A stretch of DNA of 64,000 nt. Source: Nitrospirota bacterium (GTDB lineage: Bacteria; Nitrospirota; UBA9217). Below are positions 1 through 10,594 of the stretch, in pieces. The notes under the pieces were generated by a model. The model was not told the origin of the DNA. It made no database searches and worked only from the letters and a program-made list of their open reading frames with translations. The stretch spans positions 200,409 through 264,408 of the forward strand of contig CAWCKW010000013.1 in NCBI GenBank assembly GCA_963796285.1, read 5' to 3'. Position 1 is the stretch's first letter. Every line of letters begins with the position of its first letter. Position numbers and translations under genes: made by a program.

Positions 1-260
1 CCAGCCATCTTTTCGAGATCCTGGAGGTTCACAATGGAATATTCTTTTCGGAATATATTCGTGAACCCCCTCTTCGGGATCCTCCGCTGAAGGGGCATCT
101 GTCCGCCTTCAAAGCCAGCGCCCTTTACACCGCCCGAGCGGGCCTTCTGTCCCTTATGCCCTTTTCCGGCGGTCTTGCCTGATCCGGAACCGACACCTCT
201 TCCGACCCTTTTTGACTTTTTTGTTGCCCCTGCTGCTGGTTTTAATTCTTCTAATCTCAT
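1..260 (-). CDS. rplO: 50S ribosomal protein L15, partial (C-terminus runs off the left edge)
   Basis: Absent from the ORF track because no stop lies in the window. The reverse-strand ATG at 258-260 translates [44 protein letters not shown]..., a typical L15 N-terminus. It follows rpmD as in spc operons. Confidence 0.9.
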   Translation of the reverse strand, partial: MRLEELKPAAGATKKSKRVGRGVGSGSGKTAGKGHKGQKARSGGVKGAGFEGGQMPLQRRIPKRGFTNIFRKEYSIVNLQDLEKMA

Positions 261-319
261 AGTTTACTCGCTGCCCATCACCAAATCGAATTTGTATAAT
301 TTATTTTGAGACATCTACG

Positions 320-514
320 CTATGCTTCTTCCACTTTGACAAGGTGAGATATCTTAGTGATCATACCGCGGATTTGAGGCGTGTCCAAACGTATGACAGA
401 ATGGTTCATTTTTTTGAGACCCAATCCTATCAATACGACCTTATGCTTTCCCGGTCGAGCAATACCACTTTTTACAAGCGTAATTTTAAGTCTTTTAGCA
501 TCAGCTTTTGCCAT
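320..514 (-). CDS. rpmD: 50S ribosomal protein L30
   Basis: 64 aa, ...LKITLVKSGIARPGKHKVVLIGLGLKK.... The size and its position between rpsE and rplO fit L30. Confidence 0.9.
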   Translation of the reverse strand: MAKADAKRLKITLVKSGIARPGKHKVVLIGLGLKKMNHSVIRLDTPQIRGMITKISHLVKVEEA

Positions 515-516
515 AA

Positions 517-1026
517 TTAGCCAAGCTCCTCTACCGACCTGCCTCGAAGCGCCGCAACCTGCTCTGCACTCCTCAGCCTCATCAGTCCTTCGATCGTAGC
601 ACTCACTACATTATGAGGATTACTTGATCCGAGAGATTTACAGAGCACGTTCCGTACGCCCACGACCTCTAGCACGGATCTACTCGCTCCGCCAGCAATC
701 AAACCCGTACCTTCGGAAGCCGGCTTAAGCAACACCTTGCCCGCTCCGTAGTGTCCAAGAACGCGGTGAGGGATCGTATCTCCTTTCAGAGAGATCTGTA
801 TCATGCTCTTCTTCGCCCGTTCCACGGCCTTCTTGATGGCTACAGGCGCTTCAGCTGCCTTGCCCTTGCCAACGCCGATCTTTCCTTTGCCGTCACCAAC
901 GACCACCAGCGCGCTGAAGTTAAACCGCTTGCCGCCCTTGACCACCTTGGCGACCCGGTTCAGAAAGACCAGTTTATCTTTCAGGCCGTCGCTTTCCTCT
1001 GCTGATTTTTGATATCGATCTGCCAA
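517..1026 (-). CDS. rpsE: 30S ribosomal protein S5
   Basis: 169 aa with [30 protein letters not shown], a typical S5 core, in spc operon order. Confidence 0.95.
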   Translation of the reverse strand: MADRYQKSAEESDGLKDKLVFLNRVAKVVKGGKRFNFSALVVVGDGKGKIGVGKGKAAEAPVAIKKAVERAKKSMIQISLKGDTIPHRVLGHYGAGKVLLKPASEGTGLIAGGASRSVLEVVGVRNVLCKSLGSSNPHNVVSATIEGLMRLRSAEQVAALRGRSVEELG

Positions 1027-1053
1027 TGCCGCCTCCGAATTAAACGCCGTTTC

Positions 1054-1416
1054 CTAAAAGCTGAGCCCCTTCTCGCGCGCCGCGTCTGCCAACGCCTTAA
1101 CACAACCGTGGTATTGATAACCGCCGCGGTCAAATACAACTAACTTAATATTCTTGCCAAGCGCCCGCTCCGCGATGCTCGCGCCCACCTTCTTGGCAGC
1201 CTCTACATTCCCGCAATGCTTCAGCCCGTCATGGAGCGTTTTCTCCGTAGAGGACGCGGCAATTATAGTCTTACCGGTGGTATCGTCTATGATCTGCGCG
1301 TAAATATGGCTCAGGCTCTTGAAAACGCTCAGCCTTGGCCGCGTTGCCGTTCCGTACACGGTCTTTCTGACTCTATCATGCCGTCTCTGTCTGGATTTTA
1401 ATTTGCTCTGTGCCAC
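1054..1416 (-). CDS. rplR: 50S ribosomal protein L18
   Basis: 120 aa with the [19 protein letters not shown] and [26 protein letters not shown] motifs. Confidence 0.95.
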   Translation of the reverse strand: MAQSKLKSRQRRHDRVRKTVYGTATRPRLSVFKSLSHIYAQIIDDTTGKTIIAASSTEKTLHDGLKHCGNVEAAKKVGASIAERALGKNIKLVVFDRGGYQYHGCVKALADAAREKGLSF

Positions 1417-1485
1417 CGTTTATTCTCCATCCAATTAAGCGCTGATCTTTATATCAATCAACGGTTCTAAATTCACAATGATATT

Positions 1486-2034
1486 CTACTTCCCGCCTTT
1501 ACCAGCCTTGCCTTCTTTGCGCTGGATGACCTCAGTGCTGTACTTGATGCCCTTCCCCTTGTATGGCTCGGGTTTCTTCAGGCTTCTCAAGTTCGCCGCA
1601 ATCTGTCCCACAAGCTGCTTATCTATCCCCTTGAGCGTGATCTGAGTCTGTTTGGGATCTACCGTCGCCTTGATCCCTTTGGGCATGGGATAGATAATCG
1701 GGTGAGAGAAACCGAGGCTCAGCATCAGGTTTGACCCCTGCGTTGCAGCCTTGAATCCGACTCCAGATATCTCGAGCGTCTTTTCATATCCCTTACTAAC
1801 CCCTGTCACCATATTGGCAACCAGGTTTCTCGTCAATCCGTGCAGCTCGCGATATATTTTTTGATTTGACGGCCTCTCGACCACAAGCGTATTTTTTTCT
1901 TTCTTGATGGACAGCTTTGGATTCACAATCTGGCTGATCTCGCCCAGCGGACCCTTGACCGTTACTTTTCCGGTCTCGAGTTTGGCCTCGACGCCGGATG
2001 GAATTTCTATCGGTTTTTTACCAACCCTCGACAT
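1486..2034 (-). CDS. rplF: 50S ribosomal protein L6
   Basis: 182 aa, MSRVGKKPIEIPSGVE...KVTVKGPLG..., canonical L6. Confidence 0.95.
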   Translation of the reverse strand: MSRVGKKPIEIPSGVEAKLETGKVTVKGPLGEISQIVNPKLSIKKEKNTLVVERPSNQKIYRELHGLTRNLVANMVTGVSKGYEKTLEISGVGFKAATQGSNLMLSLGFSHPIIYPMPKGIKATVDPKQTQITLKGIDKQLVGQIAANLRSLKKPEPYKGKGIKYSTEVIQRKEGKAGKGGK

Positions 2035-2078
2035 GACAGCTCCTAAAATCCTGATTGGACAAATTCTATAAACTTAAA

Positions 2079-2474
2079 TTACCACACATGGCAAATGACT
2101 TCGCCACCTACGTTGTCCTTCTTCGCCTGCCTGCCTGTTTGTATCCCTTTCGGCGTGGATAGAATGGCTGTGCCAAGCCCATCCAGCACCTTAGGAATAG
2201 CGTCATTGCTTGCGTACACCCGGCAACCGGGTTTACTGATCCGCTTCAGACCCTGAAGAACGGGGGCCTCGTCTTCTGTGTATTTGAGATACACGCGAAT
2301 CAGACCCTGTCGGCGATCTTTCACTAATTTCACGTTCTTGACGAATCCCTCGTCCTTCAGAATCTTCGCAATCTCAACCTTCAGCTTGGAAGAGGGAATG
2401 TCCACTTTTTCATGTTTTGCCTTACTGGCATTGCGGATGCGCGTCAGCATATCCGCGATAGGATCGGTCATCAT
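2079..2474 (-). CDS. rpsH: 30S ribosomal protein S8
   Basis: 131 aa, [15 protein letters not shown]..., canonical S8 N-terminus. Confidence 0.95.
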   Translation of the reverse strand: MMTDPIADMLTRIRNASKAKHEKVDIPSSKLKVEIAKILKDEGFVKNVKLVKDRRQGLIRVYLKYTEDEAPVLQGLKRISKPGCRVYASNDAIPKVLDGLGTAILSTPKGIQTGRQAKKDNVGGEVICHVW

Positions 2475-2493
2475 TGATTCAAACCCCTTTTGC

Positions 2494-2679
2494 TTACCAA
2501 CTCGCCTTAATCACGCCCGGGATCTCTCCCTTGAGCGCCCTGTTTCTGAAACAGATCCTGCACAAGTCAAACTTCCGCAGATACCCTCGCGACCGCCCGC
2601 AGAGCGGACAGCGAGAGTATGCCCGTACCTTGAATTTCGGTGCTCTTGCTGCTTTCGCTATCAAAGACTTCTTAGCCAT
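2494..2679 (-). CDS. rpsN: 30S ribosomal protein S14, short zinc-ribbon (type Z) form
   Basis: 61 aa with [22 protein letters not shown] (CxxC...CxxC), located between rplE and rpsH. Confidence 0.95.
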   Translation of the reverse strand: MAKKSLIAKAARAPKFKVRAYSRCPLCGRSRGYLRKFDLCRICFRNRALKGEIPGVIKASW

Positions 2680-2708
2680 TGTTCCTCCATCACGTCCGTC
2701 CGATAGGA

Positions 2709-3431
2709 CTACTTCCTGTACGGCATCCCCAGATGGCCGAGCAATGCTCTACCCTCTTCATCAGTTTTCGCCGTCGTTACAATCACGATATCGAGTCCGT
2801 GAACCGAGTCCACCTTGTCAAACTCGATCTCTGGAAATATCACCTGTTCTTTGATCCCAACCGTATAATTCCCTCTACCGTCGAACGACTTTGACGACAC
2901 ACCTTTAAAATCTCTGATGCGGGGAAGCGCTGCGTTGATAAACCGGTCGAGGAACTCATACATGCGCTCTCGCCTGAGTGTCACCATACAGCCGATTGGC
3001 ATCCCCTCCCTCAGCTTGAAGGTCGCGATAGACTTCTTGGCCTTGGTTATAACAGGACGCTGGCCGGTAATTTTGCCTATTTCCTCTGCGGCATGGTCGA
3101 GCGCTTTGGCATTGGTTATGGCCTCACCCATACCTACGTTCAGTACCACCTTAATAAGCTTCGGCGCCTGCATGGGGTTTTTGTACTGAAATTCCTTCAT
3201 CAGCGCCGGTACAACGACGTCATGATAACGCTGCCTCAACCTCGGCGTCGGGATGCGCTCTGGAGCGTTCTTCTGAGCAACAGATTCCGGCGCCCCTTCA
3301 GCGGCCTTGGCATCCTTCTTTACTGCCTTTGTCGAAGCCTTTGGCTTCGCAGCCACCTTGGGGGTCTTGGCAGCATCCTTCTTCTTGTCACTTCCCTTGG
3401 TCTCTTTTGTTTTATCTTTCTTATCTGCCAT
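2709..3431 (-). CDS. rplE: 50S ribosomal protein L5 with a ~60-aa Lys/Ala-rich N-terminal extension
   Basis: 240 aa. The canonical L5 core starts near [42 protein letters not shown]. It is preceded in frame by [46 protein letters not shown].... Confidence 0.85.
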   Translation of the reverse strand: MADKKDKTKETKGSDKKKDAAKTPKVAAKPKASTKAVKKDAKAAEGAPESVAQKNAPERIPTPRLRQRYHDVVVPALMKEFQYKNPMQAPKLIKVVLNVGMGEAITNAKALDHAAEEIGKITGQRPVITKAKKSIATFKLREGMPIGCMVTLRRERMYEFLDRFINAALPRIRDFKGVSSKSFDGRGNYTVGIKEQVIFPEIEFDKVDSVHGLDIVIVTTAKTDEEGRALLGHLGMPYRK

Positions 3432-3491
3432 AATATCTTATCCCTATTTCACCAATCTGAACATCCTCACGCTGCCTCAGCAGTATGGGTA

Positions 3492-3812
3492 TCAATCAAT
3501 GATCTCACTACAGGTCTTGCATACTCGTGTGCGCGTGCCGTCACCCTGCGTCTTCCGTGAAATCGACGTTGGCTTATCGCATTTCACACAAATAAGTTTT
3601 ACGTTCGAAGCGGCAATCGGACTCTCTTTCTCCAGAATACCGCCCTGCCTGAGTTGCTGATTGGGTTTTGTATGCCGCTTGATCATATTAAGCTTCTCAA
3701 TGAGGAGCCGGTTGGTAGCGGGATAGACTGCGATTACCCTACCCCGCTTCCCTTTCTCCTTGCCGGAAACCACCATCACGTTATCATTTTTTTTAATCTG
3801 CATTTTTCCCAA
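3492..3812 (-). CDS. rplX: 50S ribosomal protein L24 (C-terminal CxxC...CxxC)
   Basis: 106 aa with the KOW-type N-terminus IKKNDNVMVVSGKEKGKRGRV. The C-terminus reads CVKCDKP...VCKTCSE. Confidence 0.9.
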   Translation of the reverse strand: MGKMQIKKNDNVMVVSGKEKGKRGRVIAVYPATNRLLIEKLNMIKRHTKPNQQLRQGGILEKESPIAASNVKLICVKCDKPTSISRKTQGDGTRTRVCKTCSEIID

Positions 3813-3849
3813 TCCTGCTTATCCGTAAACTGTTATTGACGACTTTGTG

Positions 3850-4218
3850 CTAGAGAACTTCGGGTGCAAGTGAAATGATCTTCATAAAGTTCTTTTTGCG
3901 AAGTTCGCGAGCAACGGGCCCGAAGATACGCGTCCCGATCGGCTCATTCGATGCATTGATAAGCACTGCAGCATTCCGGTCGAACTTGATGTACGACCCG
4001 TCCTGCCGGCGAACTTCCTTCGTGGTCCTGACGACCACGGCCTTGGCCACCGTTCCTTTTTTTGCCTGTCCCTCGGGAATCGCCACCTTAATGGCCACGA
4101 CGATTATGTCGCCGAGCGAGGCATAGCGCTTACGTGTTCCGCCAAGTACCTTTATGCACATCACTTTTTTTGCGCCAGAATTATCGGCGACATCCAATAC
4201 TGTCTGCTGCTGAATCAT
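3850..4218 (-). CDS. rplN: 50S ribosomal protein L14
   Basis: 122 aa, [27 protein letters not shown]..., canonical L14. Confidence 0.95.
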   Translation of the reverse strand: MIQQQTVLDVADNSGAKKVMCIKVLGGTRKRYASLGDIIVVAIKVAIPEGQAKKGTVAKAVVVRTTKEVRRQDGSYIKFDRNAAVLINASNEPIGTRIFGPVARELRKKNFMKIISLAPEVL

Positions 4219-4247
4219 AATTCATCCTCTGGAAGGGTTTTCGTCCT

Positions 4248-4508
4248 TTATTGATTGGCCTTCTCGACGATCTCGAGAACTTTCCACCTTTTTTCTTTGG
4301 AAAGAGGCCTGGTCTCGATGAACCGGACCACGTCCCCCACCTTGCACTCGTTCTTTTCGTCATGAACCTTGAACTTTGTGGTCCGCTTGATGGTCTTGGT
4401 GTATTTCGCATGTGCAATACGCCTGGTGACCGCGAGCACAACCGTCTTGTCCATCTTGTCACTAACGACCTGACCCATATACGTTTTTCGCTTCTTATAC
4501 TCTTCCAT
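4248..4508 (-). CDS. rpsQ: 30S ribosomal protein S17
   Basis: 86 aa, ...[40 protein letters not shown].... Confidence 0.95.
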   Translation of the reverse strand: MEEYKKRKTYMGQVVSDKMDKTVVLAVTRRIAHAKYTKTIKRTTKFKVHDEKNECKVGDVVRFIETRPLSKEKRWKVLEIVEKANQ

Positions 4509-4695
4509 ACTTTTCCTTTAAGACTGTCTTGGTTTTGGCGATGTCCCTGCGCAATGTTCTGAGGCGCATCGGGTTCTCTATCTGGCCCATGGCCTGCTGA
4601 AATCTCAGATTGAACATCTCTTTTTTGAGATCAGCCGCCTTGGTCTGCAGTTCATCGCTTGACAGATCCCGCAGTTCCTTTGCACTCGTCTTCAT
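4495..4695 (-). CDS. rpmC: 50S ribosomal protein L29
   Basis: 66 aa, [27 protein letters not shown].... It overlaps rpsQ and rplP as is usual. Confidence 0.9.
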   Translation of the reverse strand: MKTSAKELRDLSSDELQTKAADLKKEMFNLRFQQAMGQIENPMRLRTLRRDIAKTKTVLKEKYGRV

Positions 4696-5108
4696 ATTTC
4701 CGCCTCCCGCGATACAAACTTCGTAGCAACCGGCAGCTTGTATGCCGCGAGCCTGAACGCCTCTCTGGCCACGGATTCGTCAACTCCACCCATCTCGTAG
4801 AGCACACGGCCGGGCTTCACAACGGCAACCCAGTATTCCGGCGCGCCTTTACCTTTTCCCATACGCGTTTCCGCAGGCTTCTTCGTAATCGGCTTGTCAG
4901 GGAATATCCGTATCCAGATTTTGCCGCCACGTTTGACATAACGAGTCATGGCGATACGAGCTGCCTCGATCTGCCTGCTCGTGATCCACCCAGGCTCTAG
5001 GACCTTCAGGCCATACTCACCGTAGCTTACTTCCGCACCCCGGTAGGCAATGCCGTTCATGTTTCCCTTGTGCATCTTTCTATGCTTTACTCGTTTGGGC
5101 GATAACAT
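4692..5108 (-). CDS. rplP: 50S ribosomal protein L16
   Basis: 138 aa, [15 protein letters not shown]...[27 protein letters not shown]. Confidence 0.95.
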   Translation of the reverse strand: MLSPKRVKHRKMHKGNMNGIAYRGAEVSYGEYGLKVLEPGWITSRQIEAARIAMTRYVKRGGKIWIRIFPDKPITKKPAETRMGKGKGAPEYWVAVVKPGRVLYEMGGVDESVAREAFRLAAYKLPVATKFVSREAEI

Positions 5109-5155
5109 AAATAAAAATCCTTTATCTCGGTGATCTCATATCTGCACTCGTACTA

Positions 5156-5806
5156 TTATGCAGTGGCTGTTGGCTTCGGAACCTGGAGCACATCCCCCCG
5201 GTAGATCCAGACCTTTACGCCAATCTGGCCCATCGTAGTCTTGGCCTCAAAGAAGCCATATTGAATGTCAGCCCGGAGGGTATGGAGCGGCACCCGGCCC
5301 TCACGATACCATTCGGTCCGTGCGATCTCGCCGCCCGCCAGCCTTCCGGCGCACATTATCTTAATGCCCTGCGCGCCCAACCTGAGCGCTGAGGTCACTG
5401 ATTTTTTCATAGCCCTGCGAAACGCGATTCTGCGCTCTAGCTGGAGTGCTATATTCTCGGCCACAAGCTGTGCATCCAGCTCGGGACGTCTGATTTCCTG
5501 AATATTGATATACATCTGTTTACCGGTCATGGTCTCGAGGTCTTTTTTGAGCTTGTCAACCTCAGCGCCCTTTTTACCTATAATAATGCCCGGCCGAGCA
5601 GTATGAATATTGATCTTTGCCTTCTGGCCCGCTCGCTCAATCTCGATTTTGGAGACCCCCGCATGCATGAGCCTCTCCTTGACGATCTTACGGATCTTAA
5701 AGTCCTCATGCAAAAGGGTTGCATAATTCTTCTGGGAGAACCAGCGTGAATCCCATGTCTTTATAACCCCGATCCGAAACCCGATTGGATGAACCTTTTG
5801 TCCCAT
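5156..5806 (-). CDS. rpsC: 30S ribosomal protein S3
   Basis: 216 aa, [23 protein letters not shown]..., canonical S3. Confidence 0.95.
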   Translation of the reverse strand: MGQKVHPIGFRIGVIKTWDSRWFSQKNYATLLHEDFKIRKIVKERLMHAGVSKIEIERAGQKAKINIHTARPGIIIGKKGAEVDKLKKDLETMTGKQMYINIQEIRRPELDAQLVAENIALQLERRIAFRRAMKKSVTSALRLGAQGIKIMCAGRLAGGEIARTEWYREGRVPLHTLRADIQYGFFEAKTTMGQIGVKVWIYRGDVLQVPKPTATA

Positions 5807-5826
5807 GATGCCTCCGTATGGTATAA

Positions 5827-6156
5827 CTACGCTGAGAGTACCAGCGTTATATGGCTGGTCCGCTTTCTAATAGTATTACCGCGCCCCATGGCTCGAGCCC
5901 GCATTCGTTTCATGGTAACACCCTGGTTCACGTAGGCCTTGGTCACCTTGAGTGCATCCAGATCTCCCACCTTTTTTTGCTCAGCGTTTGCCACTGCGGA
6001 ATCTAAAAGCTTTTTGACTATACGCGCGGCATGGAGCGGCGTGAACGTGAGAATATTAAGTGCATCTCCCACCATCTTACCCCGGATAAGATCTATCACC
6101 TGCCTCGCCTTGCGCGGCGTAATTCGTATGTGTCTTACTGTTGCACTTGCTTCCAT
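5827..6156 (-). CDS. rplV: 50S ribosomal protein L22
   Basis: 109 aa, ...[20 protein letters not shown].... Confidence 0.95.
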   Translation of the reverse strand: MEASATVRHIRITPRKARQVIDLIRGKMVGDALNILTFTPLHAARIVKKLLDSAVANAEQKKVGDLDALKVTKAYVNQGVTMKRMRARAMGRGNTIRKRTSHITLVLSA

Positions 6157-6198
6157 CTGATCGTCCTCACTCTACTCTCATACAAGGCGTTCTTAGTT

Positions 6199-6489
6199 TT
6201 ACTTCGGTGCACTCGTCTTCTCTGCAGCTTTTGACCCGCCATGCGCCTTGAACGTCCGGGTCGGAGAAAATTCACCGAGCTTATGGCCAACCATGTTCTC
6301 GGTGATGTACACTGGAATAAACTTCCTTCCGTTATGCACTGCCAAGGTGTGTCCCACGAAATCAGGTGTAATCGTCGACCTGCGTGACCACGTCTTCGTA
6401 ATCTTTTTTTCGCCCGTGGTGTTCATGGCCTCAACCTTTTTCATGAGGCTCTCATCTATAAAAGGGCCTTTTTTAACTGATCTCGGCAC
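6199..6489 (-). CDS. rpsS: 30S ribosomal protein S19
   Basis: 96 aa, [12 protein letters not shown]...[29 protein letters not shown]. Confidence 0.95.
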   Translation of the reverse strand: MPRSVKKGPFIDESLMKKVEAMNTTGEKKITKTWSRRSTITPDFVGHTLAVHNGRKFIPVYITENMVGHKLGEFSPTRTFKAHGGSKAAEKTSAPK

Positions 6490-6567
6490 CGTATCCTCCG
6501 TACGTTAAATCAAATTCAAAATTCTGGTTGATAAATCCTCATCATTGGGATTTAGCGTTTGTTTTAG

Positions 6568-7395
6568 TTACCTACTTTTTGTTCTTCTCGACAGAATAAA
6601 TCTGCTCGTAGTCTTGTTATGCCTCGTCCTCACACCATCAGGAAGACCCCACGGAGAGCAACCCGGCCTGCCACCAGAGGATTTGCCCTCGCCTCCGCCA
6701 AGCGGATGGTCGACAGGGTTCATCACCACACCGCGGACCCTCGGCCTCATCCCCATCCATCGGGCCCTGCCGGCCTTGCCGATGCTAATATTCTCATGAT
6801 CCAGATTTCCTACCTGGCCAATCGTCGCCATGCACTCGGAACGGACCATGCGTACTTCACCTGAATTGAGCCGGAGCGTGGCATATTCGCCTTCTCTCGC
6901 CAGAAGCTGCACTGATGCGCCTGCGCTCCGCGCCAGCTGGCCACCAGCCCCCTGTTTAAGCTCCACGTTGTGCAGGGTGGTGCCCACGGGTATCGACGAT
7001 ATAGGTAAAGCATTGCCCAGCTTGATATCAGAATCAGGACCTGACATTACGCTATCGCCCACCTTCAAACCGAGCGGAAACAGGATATAGCGCTTCTCTC
7101 CGTCCGCGTAATGGAGGAGTGCGATCCTCGCCGAGCGATTCGGATCATATTCAATCTGCGCCACTATTGCCGGAATCCCTGTCTTGTCGCGCCTGAAATC
7201 AATGATCCTGTATTTTTTCCTATGCCCGCCGCCACGATACCGTACGGTTATTTTCCCGCGGTTGTTTCTTCCACCACTCTGGTTGAGTTTTACGACCAGC
7301 GATTTTTCCGGTGTGCTGCGCGTCACTTCTTCAAAGGTAGACGTGGTTTGGAACCGTCTTCCAGCAGATGTTGGATTATAGGACTTTACCGGCAT
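6568..7395 (-). CDS. rplB: 50S ribosomal protein L2
   Basis: 275 aa, ...[26 protein letters not shown]...[13 protein letters not shown].... Confidence 0.95.
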   Translation of the reverse strand: MPVKSYNPTSAGRRFQTTSTFEEVTRSTPEKSLVVKLNQSGGRNNRGKITVRYRGGGHRKKYRIIDFRRDKTGIPAIVAQIEYDPNRSARIALLHYADGEKRYILFPLGLKVGDSVMSGPDSDIKLGNALPISSIPVGTTLHNVELKQGAGGQLARSAGASVQLLAREGEYATLRLNSGEVRMVRSECMATIGQVGNLDHENISIGKAGRARWMGMRPRVRGVVMNPVDHPLGGGEGKSSGGRPGCSPWGLPDGVRTRHNKTTSRFILSRRTKSR

Positions 7396-7689
7396 TTAAG
7401 CACCCTCGAATATTGCGATCTTTTCACCTGGTTTAAGCGTAACATACGCTTTTTTCCAGTCCGACCTGCGGCCTAACCGCTGACCGACCCGTTTGTTCTT
7501 GCCCGCGTTCTTAACCGTAGTCACATCGGCGACCTTCACCTTGAAGATTCCCTCGATCGCCTTTTTTACTTCTACTTTATTGGCATCTACCTTCACTTCA
7601 AAGGTCAAAACATTATTCTTTTCCTTCAGCCGAGCGCCTTTTTCCGTTATCCGCGGAACGCGAATGATGTCATACATTTCTATCATCAT
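7396..7689 (-). CDS. rplW: 50S ribosomal protein L23
   Basis: 97 aa, ...YDIIRVPRITEKG...FEVKVDANKVEVKKAIE.... The start could be an internal Met a few codons in. Confidence 0.9.
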   Translation of the reverse strand: MMIEMYDIIRVPRITEKGARLKEKNNVLTFEVKVDANKVEVKKAIEGIFKVKVADVTTVKNAGKNKRVGQRLGRRSDWKKAYVTLKPGEKIAIFEGA

Positions 7690-8309
7690 TTACCGTACAC
7701 CTCCTGCATGGAGTTCAGCGCGTCCTGCGTTGTGATGAGGTAGCGGTACTTGAGCAAATCATAGATATTGATATTGTCCATCCGAAGCACCTTAACCGAC
7801 GGAATGTTGCGGGCGGCCAGCGTCAGGTTCTTGTTCTCCGACTTGATCAGGATAAGTGCGTTTTCCTGCACCCCAAGGGTCTCGAGCATCGTGGAAATCA
7901 ATTTGGTCTTGGGCTCAGCAATTTCTAGCTTCTCAATAAGAACCAACCTGTTCTCATTGATCTTTGACGCAAGGGCATCGATTAGTGCTGCCCGCTTTGC
8001 CTTCTTCGGGAGGGAATAGGAATAATCCCTCGGCATGGGGCCGAAGCAGGTACCGCCGTGCCGCCAGAGCGGGGAGCGGTTGCTTCCGGAGCGAGCCCTG
8101 CCCGTTCCCTTCTGCTTCCAGGGCTTTGCTCCGCCACCACTCACCAGTGCCTTGTTCTTCGTGGATGCGGTACCGGCGCGTTTATTCGCGAGCTGGTTCA
8201 CCACCGCGGCGTGCATAAGATGTGACCTCACTTCCGTTGAAAACAGCCCCGGAAGTTCCACATCCTTTACTTTCTTATTGTTCTGGTCCACCATTACGAC
8301 TGACGGCAT
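7686..8309 (-). CDS. rplD: 50S ribosomal protein L4
   Basis: 207 aa, ...KPWKQKGTGRARSGSNRSPLWRHGG.... Confidence 0.95.
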   Translation of the reverse strand: MPSVVMVDQNNKKVKDVELPGLFSTEVRSHLMHAAVVNQLANKRAGTASTKNKALVSGGGAKPWKQKGTGRARSGSNRSPLWRHGGTCFGPMPRDYSYSLPKKAKRAALIDALASKINENRLVLIEKLEIAEPKTKLISTMLETLGVQENALILIKSENKNLTLAARNIPSVKVLRMDNINIYDLLKYRYLITTQDALNSMQEVYGK

Positions 8310-8331
8310 TTCAATAACCCTCTATTTTCTA

Positions 8332-8946
8332 TTAATCAGCCTTATAGATAAGGAGCAGCCCATTGACGCCCCCTGGTACAGCTCCGCGGACAAACAACAG
8401 ATTCTGGTCCGGCCGGACATCTACGATCTCTAAATTCTTAATAGTCTGATTCACCACACCCATATGTCCCGGAAGTTTTTTACCCGGCCACACCCGTGAC
8501 GGATACGCGCTCGCTCCGATAGATCCGGGCGCACGATTGAACATGGAACCGTGGCCACCAGGCCCGCCTGCGAAATTATGCCGTTTCATCACGCCGGCAA
8601 ACCCTTTACCTTTGGTGACGCCGCTCACCGCGATCAATTCGCCTTTTTTGAAAAGATCAGCGGTCACGATCTGACCCTGCTCAAATTCTCCTGTACGGAA
8701 CTCGCGCAGGAACCGGTGTGGCTGCACATTCGACTTCTTAAAGTGGCCGGCGAGGGCCTTCGTAATACGTCCCTGTTTTTTTTCCTCTTCAAAAGCAAGT
8801 TGGACTGACTCGTATCCATCATGCTCTGCAGTCTTCTTCTGAACAACCGTGCACGGACCTGCCTGAATAACCGTAACCGGTATAAGTTCCCCGCCGCTGT
8901 AATGCTGGCTCATGCCTATCTTTTTTCCAATGATTCCCTTGCTCAT
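8332..8946 (-). CDS. rplC: 50S ribosomal protein L3
   Basis: 204 aa, ...[11 protein letters not shown]...[22 protein letters not shown].... Confidence 0.95.
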   Translation of the reverse strand: MSKGIIGKKIGMSQHYSGGELIPVTVIQAGPCTVVQKKTAEHDGYESVQLAFEEEKKQGRITKALAGHFKKSNVQPHRFLREFRTGEFEQGQIVTADLFKKGELIAVSGVTKGKGFAGVMKRHNFAGGPGGHGSMFNRAPGSIGASAYPSRVWPGKKLPGHMGVVNQTIKNLEIVDVRPDQNLLFVRGAVPGGVNGLLLIYKAD

Positions 8947-9018
8947 TGCCTATCCCTTCACCCGCATACTTCATTCACCCTTTTCAGGGTCATCATGCAT
9001 CAGCGGCCAAGTACTTTT

Positions 9019-9324
9019 CTACAGCTTAATCTCCACATCAACGCCAGCCGCAAGATCAAGCTTCATAAGCGCATCTACGGTCTGCGGCGTTGGATCCAGA
9101 ATATCCATAAGCCGTTTATGCGTCCTGATTTCAAACTGCTCCCGGGACTTTTTGTCCACATGAGGAGAGCGGAGCACGGTCCAGCGATTGATCCTGGTCG
9201 GGAGAGGTATGGGGCCAGAAACCTTGGCTCCCGTTCTCTTTGCCGTATCCATGATTTCTACTGCAGATTGGTCGAGCAGCCGGTGGTCATATCCTTTAAG
9301 TCGTATCCTGATCTTCTGTGTCAC
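9019..9324 (-). CDS. rpsJ: 30S ribosomal protein S10
   Basis: 101 aa, [18 protein letters not shown]...GPIPLPT.... Confidence 0.95.
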   Translation of the reverse strand: MTQKIRIRLKGYDHRLLDQSAVEIMDTAKRTGAKVSGPIPLPTRINRWTVLRSPHVDKKSREQFEIRTHKRLMDILDPTPQTVDALMKLDLAAGVDVEIKL

Positions 9325-9340
9325 GTGTGTTCCCTTCCTC

Positions 9341-10540
9341 TTACTCGATCACTTCGGTAATAACGCCTGCGCCCACGGTCCTGCCGCCTTCGCGGATGGC
9401 AAAACGCAGGCCCTTGTCCATGGCGATCGGCCCGATAAGCTCTACCGAGCAGGTCATGTTGTCGCCCGGCATCACCATCTCGACGCCTTCAGCGAGCGTC
9501 ACCACGCCCGTCACGTCCGTGGTCCGGAAATAGAACTGGGGACGGTACCCCTTGAAGAACGGGGTGTGGCGGCCGCCTTCTTCCTTCGTGAGAACATAGG
9601 CCTCGGCCTTGAATTTGGTGTGCGGCGTGATGCTTCCCGGCTTTGCCAGGACCATGCCGCGCTCCACGTCTTCCTTCTTGATGCCGCGGAGCAGGACGCC
9701 GACGTTGTCTCCGGCTTCGCCCTGGTCCAGAAGCTTTCGGAACATCTCGACGCCCGTCACCACGGTCTTCTGCGTGGGCTTGATGCCCACGATCTCAATT
9801 TCATCGCCTACCTTAACAATGCCGCGCTCGATCCTGCCCGTGACCACCGTTCCGCGACCGGCGATGGAGAACACGTCTTCCACCGGCATAAGATAAGGCT
9901 TGTCTATTTCGCGCTTGGGCTGGGGAATATAGCTGTCAACGGCTGCCATAAGCTCCAAGATGCTCTTGTACTCAGGCGCATTGACGTCCTTGCTCTCGCT
10001 CTGGAGGGCCTTTAACGCACTCCCCTTCACGATCGGGGTCTTGTCCCCGGGGAACTGGTATTTGGTCAACAGCTCACGGATCTCGAGTTCCACGAGCTCG
10101 ATGAGCTCGGGGTCATCCACCATGTCCACCTTGTTCATGTATACCACGATATAGGGCACACCGACCTGACGGGCAAGCAGGATGTGTTCACGGGTCTGGG
10201 GCATGGGGCCGTCTGCGGCGGAGACCACGAGGATAGCTCCGTCCATCTGGGCGGCTCCCGTGATCATGTTCTTTACGTAGTCGGCATGGCCTGGGCAGTC
10301 GACATGGGCATAATGACGGTTGTCCGTCTGGTATTCCACGTGCGCCGTGGCAATCGTGATGCCGCGTTCCCGTTCTTCCGGGGCCTTGTCGATGTTATCG
10401 TAGGAAACAAAGGTTGCGAAGTTCTTGAACGACAACACCTTCGTTATGGCCGCTGTCAACGTCGTCTTGCCGTGGTCCACATGGCCGATGGTGCCCACGT
10501 TCACATGAGGTTTTGTCCTCTCAAATTTTGCCTTTGCCAT
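9341..10540 (-). CDS. tuf: Elongation factor Tu (copy 1, str-operon copy)
   Basis: 399 aa, [28 protein letters not shown]..., with GTPase motifs. It lies 16 nt upstream of rpsJ and downstream of fusA. Confidence 0.97.
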   Translation of the reverse strand: MAKAKFERTKPHVNVGTIGHVDHGKTTLTAAITKVLSFKNFATFVSYDNIDKAPEERERGITIATAHVEYQTDNRHYAHVDCPGHADYVKNMITGAAQMDGAILVVSAADGPMPQTREHILLARQVGVPYIVVYMNKVDMVDDPELIELVELEIRELLTKYQFPGDKTPIVKGSALKALQSESKDVNAPEYKSILELMAAVDSYIPQPKREIDKPYLMPVEDVFSIAGRGTVVTGRIERGIVKVGDEIEIVGIKPTQKTVVTGVEMFRKLLDQGEAGDNVGVLLRGIKKEDVERGMVLAKPGSITPHTKFKAEAYVLTKEEGGRHTPFFKGYRPQFYFRTTDVTGVVTLAEGVEMVMPGDNMTCSVELIGPIAMDKGLRFAIREGGRTVGAGVITEVIE

Positions 10541-10594
10541 ACTAATTGCCTCCTGACCAAGAAAATAAAAAATTTAAAACCTTATGAAATGAAA

